From Candidatus Kapaibacterium sp. (lineage in GTDB: Bacteria > Bacteroidota > Ignavibacteria > Kapaibacteriales > UBA2268), in contig OY762428.1 of the NCBI GenBank assembly GCA_963665665.1, positions 1,216,001-1,280,000 on the forward strand: a stretch of 64,000 nt of DNA. The letters are read 5' to 3'. Below the pieces are notes generated by a model. That model ran no database searches and was not told the DNA's origin. It saw only the letters and a program-made list of their open reading frames with translations. The position numbers and the translations under genes were made by a program. Shown piece after piece: positions 21,206 to 29,541 of this stretch. Every line of letters starts with the position of its first letter. Within the stretch, counting starts at the first letter, position 1.

Positions 21206-21254
21206 ATTACTTCTCCTTTTATCAAACCGTGTTAGTAAAAAATTATTAATCATA

Positions 21255-23234
21255 TTATTTTACAATATTTAATATTTGTGTTTCCCTCTCGCCATTTACT
21301 GTCAATACGCAATAATATGCGCCTGAAACGAGATTATTAGTTTCTATCCTGATATTATGAAGTCCCGCAGTTACAAAATCATTATGCAGAACTTTTATTA
21401 TTTCACCCTGTACTGTATATAATTCTATTTTACAGTTTCCGGGATTATTAATATTAAAATGTAAGTTAGTATAATCAGAAGCCGGATTGGGGTAAACACC
21501 TTCAATCCTGCTGTTTTCTTTTTTAATATTATCTTCAACACCAACCACAACGTTGAAATGGCCGCAAAGCAGGTACTGAGGAGCATACATACTGCGGTAG
21601 CGGATAATCCTGTCCTGATCACTGTCATTTTCATTCGGAATACTCATCAGTTCAAGTATCGGAATTTCTTCAAGATTATTTGGCAAATAGTCAGGTATCC
21701 ATGTTATCCTGTGGTACACAAGGCTGTCATTTGTCAGGTTGGTAACATTCCAATCAGACTGCCCGACTTCCCTGCTGGCTATGAACAGGTCGTGATCGGT
21801 AAATGTAACTGTACCTTCATCAACATCATGATTGAACCCTTGCAGGTCAACCCATTTAACAAGAAGGTTTTCGCCGTCCAGAGTCCTTGATATCTGCATT
21901 TCATAATCCACCTGGTTCACATCGAAACGGAATGAACGCGTGTTATCTTCATCCCAAAGCGGCAGCCACAACGGAGCAACGTCAGATATTTTCCTCATGC
22001 CCCATACACCTGATTCGTTAAAAACTTCAACAAGATGATGCGGAAGTTCGTTATATGATAAATTGGCATTGCCTTCATAAAATTTTAATACGAAATAAAC
22101 ATCACCATTATCAAGAACAGTCATATCTTTACTTCCTGAGAAGAAAGCAACACTGTCAGGATTCATTCCCTCGTTCTGAGCATAAGTCCTGGCAAGTGAA
22201 AAATCAAAGTAATCAAGATCGGACCATGTTCTTCCGTGGTCTGTTGATTTGCAAAATGAAGGAACGAACCTGTTATTGTATTCAGATTCATTGAAAACGC
22301 AAAAAGCGCCCATGTAAATATCTTTATCTTCACCGGCAAAATGCAAACTGATTATTCTTGCTGTAGATGCGCTGTCCGAAGTAGGCTCTAAAAAGTTGGA
22401 AGCACTCCATGCTTCGGGAATAACATAATCCCAGGCGCCGAAGTCTTCTGTATACCTATAGGCCATATTACTATTATCATTATAAAGGCCGCCCCTGTTA
22501 CCACCCGGAGGCATTACACCGCCAATAGCAAAAGTGTATGGTTCTTCGTCAACCACACCGCCAAGCAATTTGGCATCTGTTCCCCAGCCGTAATTATTGC
22601 CTTCAATATCCAAAGAATAATTTGCCGAAAAAGTATTTATCGGCGCGCCATAATAGATTCCGTTCAGGAATCCCTGCCAGCCATCGCCGTCAGTTAATGG
22701 GGAAGTATATATATATACCAGGTCCTCTTCAAATATAAATGGATAAATGCTGGGATAACGTGCATAATACCTCGGCTGATCTGCCTTAGCATTGTAAACC
22801 AGCATAGGATCTGTCCAGCTGTAGCCCCAGTCATCAGAAGTCCTGTAAAAGAGGTTGTCAAGTGTATTGGTTCCCGCATCTTCATCATCCCTGGAAAGAG
22901 CGCCACGCTTAATAGTAACGAGGGTGCCCGTTTCCGGGTGATAAACAAATGGCTGCTGCCTGTAGCTGAAGTAGGAGAAGCCGTTCCATAGAGAATCCAA
23001 TATCATGTAATCAACTTCCTGGATTTTGTCTTTTCTCTTATCGTTAATTCTCGATATCAAAGAGGCATCAGAACTTACATCCGGGGATATTGGCACCAGC
23101 CCCGAATATTGATTCAAATATTCCGTATCTTCGATAAGTGGTTCCTGAGCGTTCGCTTCCGCTGTTCCTGCAAGCAGGATCATTACTGAAAAAACAACGG
23201 TTGTAAGAATAAAGCAAGTAAAATTACGTTTCAT
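21255..23234 (-). CDS. T9SS type-A CTD protein with Asp-box (BNR) repeats
   Basis: Signal peptide; SDDWGYSW and STDHGRTW Asp-boxes; YPNPA..L.SGAYYCVL..Q.LNIVK CTD. Confidence 0.85.
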   Translation of the reverse strand: MKRNFTCFILTTVVFSVMILLAGTAEANAQEPLIEDTEYLNQYSGLVPISPDVSSDASLISRINDKRKDKIQEVDYMILDSLWNGFSYFSYRQQPFVYHPETGTLVTIKRGALSRDDEDAGTNTLDNLFYRTSDDWGYSWTDPMLVYNAKADQPRYYARYPSIYPFIFEEDLVYIYTSPLTDGDGWQGFLNGIYYGAPINTFSANYSLDIEGNNYGWGTDAKLLGGVVDEEPYTFAIGGVMPPGGNRGGLYNDNSNMAYRYTEDFGAWDYVIPEAWSASNFLEPTSDSASTARIISLHFAGEDKDIYMGAFCVFNESEYNNRFVPSFCKSTDHGRTWSDLDYFDFSLARTYAQNEGMNPDSVAFFSGSKDMTVLDNGDVYFVLKFYEGNANLSYNELPHHLVEVFNESGVWGMRKISDVAPLWLPLWDEDNTRSFRFDVNQVDYEMQISRTLDGENLLVKWVDLQGFNHDVDEGTVTFTDHDLFIASREVGQSDWNVTNLTNDSLVYHRITWIPDYLPNNLEEIPILELMSIPNENDSDQDRIIRYRSMYAPQYLLCGHFNVVVGVEDNIKKENSRIEGVYPNPASDYTNLHFNINNPGNCKIELYTVQGEIIKVLHNDFVTAGLHNIRIETNNLVSGAYYCVLTVNGERETQILNIVK

Positions 23235-23389
23235 ATACTCCCTCCGGTTTAGAAACATTTGTTTCAAGGAAACAATTCAAGTTTACAATATAAAAAGATT
23301 TTTTCTAATTAGGTAAAATATTTGGAACAATCATTCGGAATGTATTGTTTATTACATGGAAATGAAAATTCCTTGAAATCATATTAACC

Positions 23390-24781
23390 TTATAACCTAA
23401 ATTGAATTCCATATACCAGGGATGCCGTCGATTTTAATTCACTGTATTTTTTCGATAGATTATACATCGCAGCCGTAAAAAGTCTCGCTTCGCCTCCTAA
23501 AGTTATATAAATACCAGACACAAGTTCATATTTTCCAAAAAATCTAAGGTATCCCAGCGGGCCGTCATTCGAAGCGCCGACACCAAGGCGTCCGTTCAAC
23601 GACAGGTTACTGGAATTCATCAGGGTTGCCTCGTAGAAAGCAGACCCCCAGAACATTTGTTTATCCCTGTCAATTTCCATGGGATAAGAGATCATATTTT
23701 CCCCGTCATCGGGATTAAATTCTTCAACCATATTGCCGGTATTTGCTGGTGGCACCTTCCCGGCAGGTACGCTGATAAACATTGTTTCCGAGTATGAATA
23801 CTCGGTATATCCAATTTCAATACCCATTCTTTTACTATCATTAATATTATAGGCCAGTGACTGTGAGAAATGGGATATCGCGGAATTATTCCTTGTATTA
23901 ATCCCTTTCCTGTAAAAATCACTACCGAAGAAAGAAGATATCTGAATTTCATCATTCAGCGAAATATTATCAAAGAATGCAAATCTTGCGGATTCACCGG
24001 GTGCACCCATCATTAAATCATTCATTGCGGAAATACCCGATGCCATTCCGAATCCATTATTGGAAAAGGTAGGCAGTACATTGGCACTTGTTTCGATTTC
24101 TTCAATATCGCTAACGTTAGAAAAGGATTCCGCAGCAAAATTCAAATTACCATTTAAGTTCTCTTCTTCGGGCATTTCAACAGCAACCATCAGGTTGTTT
24201 GAAATTGGTTCCGAATTTGCCCTGTTCATTAACTCATTTTCATTGTTTCCGAAAGCATCCTCTGCCATAGCCGGGCGCTCAACAGGGCCGGGCACCTGAG
24301 CAACAGCATTATCATTATTGTTTTCGGAAACAAATTCACCATCATTTTCCCTAACCTTTGCATCATTTTCATCCACGGACGTTCTGTTAATTTCCTGATC
24401 GTTCTGTATATTTAAGTTGTAGCTCATTATGGGGTCGGTTTCCAGCCTTGCCAAATCACTTATATTAAAAATGGTAAACAGCAGGAAAACAGCAACCATA
24501 GAAGCATAAACCGGGATGGGCCTTCTTTTGCGCGGGATAGGATTTTCATCGGGAAGCTCGCCCATAATCCGCATCATAATTTTATCTTCAGTAGCTCTGA
24601 AGATATCCTGCGGAGTTTCGATCGAAGCTGCATCTTCCCTGAAAGCAACGTGAAGGCTGACTGAGGAGTAAAATTTCTCCCTGGCATCATCATCGCTGGC
24701 AATCATCTGGCGAAGGTCTGCATCTTCGGCCTGGCTGAGTTCCCCATCGAGGTATTTCGATATAAGATCCTCAAGATTCAT
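23390..24781 (-). CDS. Anti-sigma factor with TM helix, disordered linker and C-terminal putative OM beta-barrel
   Basis: LISKYLDGELS anti-sigma start, TM PVYASMVAVFLLFTIF, acidic N/E/D-rich linker, amphipathic strands ending LVYGIQFRL; overlaps sigma gene. Confidence 0.8.
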   Translation of the reverse strand: MNLEDLISKYLDGELSQAEDADLRQMIASDDDAREKFYSSVSLHVAFREDAASIETPQDIFRATEDKIMMRIMGELPDENPIPRKRRPIPVYASMVAVFLLFTIFNISDLARLETDPIMSYNLNIQNDQEINRTSVDENDAKVRENDGEFVSENNNDNAVAQVPGPVERPAMAEDAFGNNENELMNRANSEPISNNLMVAVEMPEEENLNGNLNFAAESFSNVSDIEEIETSANVLPTFSNNGFGMASGISAMNDLMMGAPGESARFAFFDNISLNDEIQISSFFGSDFYRKGINTRNNSAISHFSQSLAYNINDSKRMGIEIGYTEYSYSETMFISVPAGKVPPANTGNMVEEFNPDDGENMISYPMEIDRDKQMFWGSAFYEATLMNSSNLSLNGRLGVGASNDGPLGYLRFFGKYELVSGIYITLGGEARLFTAAMYNLSKKYSELKSTASLVYGIQFRL

Positions 24782-25334
24782 AAAGTTCCTTACGCAATGG
24801 TTTCAATAGTTTTCTTAAAAGTACTCTGCCCCTGTGAACACGTACCTTGGCCAGAGAAAGGTCTATGCCAAGCACGTCGGAAATTTCCTGGTAAGTCAGT
24901 TCCTCGTATTCCCTCAGAATGATAGCTTCTCTCATTGCCGGCGGTAACATCTGAATAGCACTTTCGATATATTCTTTCATTCCAATATCGCTTTGCTTTT
25001 CAGTTTTTTTGCCGTGAAAAACTTCATCGAAGGAATCGTGGTCTTTACGTGCGCGGATAAAATTCAGGCAGGTGTGCCTTGCGATGGTAAACAGCCAGGC
25101 TGCGAAATTTTTCCCGTGGAAATCTTTCCTATGCTCGTAAACACGGATAAAAGTTTCCTGGAAAGCATCCTTTGCCTGAGCTTCATCGCCGAGCATTCTT
25201 AGGCAGAATCTGTAAACCTTGTTGTTGTACTTGGCATACAAAATCTGAAAAGCCTCGGCGCTACCCTTCTTCAGGTCTTTTACCGCCTGTTTCAGCTCGT
25301 CATCATTTACCCTATTTGCTCTTTTCCCAAACAT
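24771..25334 (-). CDS. ECF RNA polymerase sigma-70 factor
   Basis: AKDAFQETFIRV, FAAWLFTIARH, LP..REAIILR.YEELTYQEIS..L......KVRVHRGR. Confidence 0.95.
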   Translation of the reverse strand: MFGKRANRVNDDELKQAVKDLKKGSAEAFQILYAKYNNKVYRFCLRMLGDEAQAKDAFQETFIRVYEHRKDFHGKNFAAWLFTIARHTCLNFIRARKDHDSFDEVFHGKKTEKQSDIGMKEYIESAIQMLPPAMREAIILREYEELTYQEISDVLGIDLSLAKVRVHRGRVLLRKLLKPLRKELYES

Positions 25335-25372
25335 AATTTCCTGTTAGTTTCTCACAAGGAGCTTTTATTCGA

Positions 25373-25400
25373 AGACACTTTATCAGAAAAAAAAGTTACA
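25373..25400 (-). promoter_or_regulatory. Putative ECF-dependent autoregulatory promoter
   Basis: Minus strand TGTAAC-N16-GTGTCT ending 39 bp upstream of the sigma ATG; matches the general ECF AAC...(C/T)GTC pattern. Confidence 0.6.
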
Positions 25401-25437
25401 ATAAAATAGCCTTGAAAAAAATAATTTTCAAATCAGC

Positions 25438-27135
25438 TTATTTCTGTCGAATTTCGGCAATTAATTCTATAAATTTTTCATATTCAAGTGTGTTAACAAC
25501 ATCTTTTTTTTCAAGGCCGGCTTTTCTTGCCACATCAACACCATAATAAATATCACTTAGCGTTGAAGTTTTATGCGAATCGGGATTAATCGCAATCTTC
25601 ACGCCCTTTTCTTTAGCATACATTGCATTTTCCCAGGATAAATCCAGCCTGTAGGGATTGGCGTTAATCTCAATAATTTTCCCGTAGTCAGCCGCAGCCT
25701 GAATAATATCTTTAACATCAACCTCGTAGGCAGGCCTAACAAGTATCAGGCGTCCGGTAACATGCCCGAGCATAGTAGTATAAGGACTCTTCAAAGCGCA
25801 GATGATCCGGGTTGTCATATCCTTTTTACTCATATTGAAAGAGGAATGAACTGATGCAACAACCATTTCGAAACCCGCAAGAGTTTCCTCATCGTAATCA
25901 AGTGAGCCATCCGAAAGAATATCGGCTTCAATTCCCTTTATAATTTTAATACCATGATTCTCTTCATTCAGCTTATCAATTTCGTAATGCTGTTTTTTAA
26001 CCCTGTCAGGTGTAAGGCCATTGGCATAAGAAGCAGCCTGGCTGTGATCGCAGATTGCAAAGTGTGTGCATCCGAGTTCTTTCGATGCCAGTGCCATTTC
26101 TTTTATACTGTTCCTGCCGTCGCTCCATGTGGAATGGCAGTGCAGCATCCCTTTTATATCATCATTCTTAATTAACTCAGGGAGCTCACCCTTTTCTGCT
26201 TTATGCAGGAATTTTGCTTTTTCCCTTAACTCGGGAACCACAAAATCCATTTTCATCTGACTATAAATATCTTCCTCGGAATTTATTCCTGTGAAGTATC
26301 CGAAACTGCCATACTTCGTTTCAATTAAATTATTAAATTTTTCAAGATATTCCTTAGAAGCAGAAAGCTCATGTATTTTCAGGTAGTAACTTCTATCCTC
26401 CTCCGGGTGGATATTTATCTTCAGGGCATCAATATCAAAATCTGCAAATTTTTCATTTCTTCTGATTTTTTCAATAATTTCATTCCTGACCGAATCAGAA
26501 TCAAATATTGTCGGTTCGGAAACCATAACAACAATATCTATACTGTCAATTGTTTCTGATTTTTTCTTATAGTCACCTGAAATCTCGAACTTTACAATAT
26601 CGGGATTATCAAATTCAATCTGTTCAATGAACTTTGTAATTTTCCTGGCCTCTTCCTGTCGTAGCCTTCCCTTACCAGCCTTAACATGCTGAATACTATT
26701 CAGAACCATTTCCTGGGATTTGGCGCTGAATCCTTTAATTTTCCTGAGCTCATCATCAACACATAGTTTTTCAAGGCTGTAAATATCTGAAACACCATGT
26801 TCAAAAAATAATTGTCCGGCTTTCTTTGGCCCGATATTAGCAATTTTCCTGATCGTTAAAACAGATTCCGGAATTTCAGAAGTGAGCTTTTTGTAATACT
26901 CCATTTCCCCGTTCAAAACATAATCCGAGATTTTTTCCTGAAGAGCCTTGCCAAAGCCTTTTATATCTTTCAGGGTATTTTCCTCTACTGCTTTTTTTAC
27001 ATCAATATTCTGCTCCCTGATAATCTCGGCGGCATTTTTATATGCTCTTGTTTTAAAATGGTTTTCACCTTTTATCTCGAGCAGAGATGCTATATTTTCA
27101 AGGATTTTTATCAGTCTTTTATCAGCCATATTCAT
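25438..27135 (-). CDS. polX: DNA polymerase X / PHP-domain protein (polymerase site degenerate)
   Basis: GENHFK.RAY..AA, HhH IKGFG, PHP motifs HCHS.WSDG, CDHS, GIEADIL.DG.LDY, HSSF, EINANP.RLD, NPDSH. Confidence 0.9.
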   Translation of the reverse strand: MNMADKRLIKILENIASLLEIKGENHFKTRAYKNAAEIIREQNIDVKKAVEENTLKDIKGFGKALQEKISDYVLNGEMEYYKKLTSEIPESVLTIRKIANIGPKKAGQLFFEHGVSDIYSLEKLCVDDELRKIKGFSAKSQEMVLNSIQHVKAGKGRLRQEEARKITKFIEQIEFDNPDIVKFEISGDYKKKSETIDSIDIVVMVSEPTIFDSDSVRNEIIEKIRRNEKFADFDIDALKINIHPEEDRSYYLKIHELSASKEYLEKFNNLIETKYGSFGYFTGINSEEDIYSQMKMDFVVPELREKAKFLHKAEKGELPELIKNDDIKGMLHCHSTWSDGRNSIKEMALASKELGCTHFAICDHSQAASYANGLTPDRVKKQHYEIDKLNEENHGIKIIKGIEADILSDGSLDYDEETLAGFEMVVASVHSSFNMSKKDMTTRIICALKSPYTTMLGHVTGRLILVRPAYEVDVKDIIQAAADYGKIIEINANPYRLDLSWENAMYAKEKGVKIAINPDSHKTSTLSDIYYGVDVARKAGLEKKDVVNTLEYEKFIELIAEIRQK

Positions 27136-27323
27136 AGTTTTCTAATTTACAATAATTCAACTTGCAAAATAGCCATTTTTACCGAGAGAACCATAATCCA
27201 ACGTCATCACAAACTCATCAATTCAAACAATAAAAGTAACAGATATTATTGATCTGAATTCAGCTGAATAACTGATATATTGCTCAATTTCCAAATTTAT
27301 TCCTAATATATTCAGTAATAACA

Positions 27324-27353
27324 TTGAACTAAATCAAATAATCATTAATTTTG
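27324..27353 (+). promoter_or_regulatory. Bacteroidota-type housekeeping promoter (TTG-N19-TAnnTTTG)
   Basis: TTG at 27324 and TAATTTTG at 27346-27353, ~43 bp upstream of ATG 27396; TAnnTTTG boxes also on the minus strand at 35810-35817 (holB) and 42941-42948. Confidence 0.55.
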
Positions 27354-27395
27354 CAGATTACAGTAAGTGAAATAAATTAGAAAACCGGATAATAA

Positions 27396-29540
27396 ATGCT
27401 TCAGGTTGTGCAATATCAAAAAACAGGAAAAGTATCGGTGGAAGAACTGCCATCTCCGGGATGCCCGGAGGGCGGAGTTCTCGTCAGGACAGATTATTCC
27501 CTGATCAGCGCGGGTACCGAGAAAATATCAGTTACAAATACGAAATCTTCTTTAATTCAGAGAGCCAGAAAACAACCGGATCAGGTTAAATTAGTTATTG
27601 ATTTCCTGAAAAGGGACGGCGTAATTTCAACAGCCAAAAGGGTTCTTTCAACTCTGGATTCTTATAAAATTTTAGGATACAGCGCTTCGGGAACTGTTGT
27701 GGAATCAAGATGTGACGAATTTTCTCCGGGTGACATGGTTGCATGTGCCGGAGCGGGTATCGCAAACCATGCAGAAATGCTTGCCGTGCCAAAAAACCTT
27801 ACGGCCAGAATCCCGTCAAACGTTGACTCTGCTGACGCTGCCTATACAACCGTCGGCACTATTGCAATGCAGGGAGTGCGGCAGGCTGATGTAAGGCTCG
27901 GCGAAAATGTAGCCGTCATCGGGTTAGGCCTGATAGGGCAGATAACTGTTCAGCTTTTGAAAGCTTCGGGGTGCAGGGTAGCCGGAGCCGATATTGATAC
28001 ATCTCTTTTTGATCTTGCCAAAAAATCCGGCTGCGATGAAGTATTTCCCAGCTCTTTTGATTCTATTGATTCCATGTTGGCTTTCACGGGCGGTATTGGA
28101 TTTGATTCTGTGATAATCACAGCCAGTACGCCTTCGGATCAACCTGCTGAATTAGCATTGAAATTAGCACGAAAAAAAGGTAAAGTTATAATTGTGGGCG
28201 CTATTGGTATGAACCTGCCACGTTCCCCGTTTTATGAAAAAGAACTTGATTTAAGAATGTCATGCAGTTACGGCCCCGGACGATATGACGCAAATTACGA
28301 ACAGAGAGGACAGGATTACCCGCCCGCCTATGTTCGCTGGACTGAAAACCGCAATATGCAGTCATTCCTGCAATTAATATCTTCCGGCAGCATTGATATG
28401 AAAATGCTGACCACACATACATTTGATATTAATAAAGCCCCGGATGCCTACGGACTGATAACAGATAACACCGAACCTTACCTTGGCATTTTGCTACAAT
28501 ACCCGCAACGGGAAGGGGCAGACAAAAGAACAATAAATATAAAGACAGAAAACAGCAAAACTGACAAAGTAAAAATTACTTTCGTCGGCGCCGGCAGTTT
28601 CGCGAAGTCATTCCTGCTGCCACCGCTAAAAAGCCTCGGAACAGAGATGGTAGCTGTAAGTACTGCTACGGCAGTAAATGCGGAAACCATGGCAAGGCAA
28701 TACGGATTCGGCCAGGCATCAACTGATTCAAGCACAATCATTGCCGATAAAAATTCAAATACAGTATTTTGTGCAACTCAGCACGACACTCACGGACAGT
28801 ATGTTCTGGAAGCAGTAAATGCAGGAAAAGCCGTTTTCGTGGAAAAACCATTATGTACAAATACAGGCCAATTGAAAAAGATCAACGATGCGGTGGAGAA
28901 AAATAATGGCCGGGTTATGGTCGGCTTCAACAGAAGATTTTCTAAGTCTTTTGAATTAATCAAAGAGTTCTTTTCTTCCAGAAAAGAACCGATGAATATC
29001 ATGTACAGGGCAAATGCCGGTAAAATGCCGAAATCGCACTGGGTTCTTACTCCCGAAAACGGTGGCAGAATTATTGGCGAGGCATGCCATTTTATCGACT
29101 GCATGGCTTACCTGACCGGAGCAAAAGCTGTTAGTGTTTATGCTAAAGCCATCGGCGCAGTTGATACCGAAATTACCAACAGGGATAATGTATCGATTGT
29201 AATTTCTTTCGACGACGGATCAGTCGGTACTGTTTTATATTTTGCCGACGGTGCATCAACCATTCCCAAAGAGTACTGTGAAGTATATTGCGAAAAAGCT
29301 ACTGCCGTAATGAATAATTTCAAATCGGTTGAACTTCACCGGGCTGGTAAGATAAAAAAACACAGCCTTGACGGCAGAAAAGGACATGATGAAGAAGTAA
29401 AAGCATTTATTGAATCCTTAAGGCAGGGAAAAAATCTACCGATTGATTATTCAACTTTGCAAAATATTACACTTGCAACTTTTGCCGCCGAAGAATCTAT
29501 CAGTACTGGCAGAGTAATTAATATTAACGAGTTAATATAA
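27396..29540 (+). CDS. Bi-domain oxidoreductase (MDR/ADH-like + Gfo/Idh/MocA)
   Basis: SLISAGTE, GLGLIG, SCSYGPGRYD..YE..GQDYP..YVRWTENRN; second domain VGAGSFA, VFVEKP, VGFNRRF, GGRIIGEACHFID. Confidence 0.92.
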   Translation: MLQVVQYQKTGKVSVEELPSPGCPEGGVLVRTDYSLISAGTEKISVTNTKSSLIQRARKQPDQVKLVIDFLKRDGVISTAKRVLSTLDSYKILGYSASGTVVESRCDEFSPGDMVACAGAGIANHAEMLAVPKNLTARIPSNVDSADAAYTTVGTIAMQGVRQADVRLGENVAVIGLGLIGQITVQLLKASGCRVAGADIDTSLFDLAKKSGCDEVFPSSFDSIDSMLAFTGGIGFDSVIITASTPSDQPAELALKLARKKGKVIIVGAIGMNLPRSPFYEKELDLRMSCSYGPGRYDANYEQRGQDYPPAYVRWTENRNMQSFLQLISSGSIDMKMLTTHTFDINKAPDAYGLITDNTEPYLGILLQYPQREGADKRTINIKTENSKTDKVKITFVGAGSFAKSFLLPPLKSLGTEMVAVSTATAVNAETMARQYGFGQASTDSSTIIADKNSNTVFCATQHDTHGQYVLEAVNAGKAVFVEKPLCTNTGQLKKINDAVEKNNGRVMVGFNRRFSKSFELIKEFFSSRKEPMNIMYRANAGKMPKSHWVLTPENGGRIIGEACHFIDCMAYLTGAKAVSVYAKAIGAVDTEITNRDNVSIVISFDDGSVGTVLYFADGASTIPKEYCEVYCEKATAVMNNFKSVELHRAGKIKKHSLDGRKGHDEEVKAFIESLRQGKNLPIDYSTLQNITLATFAAEESISTGRVININELI

Positions 29541-29541
29541 A

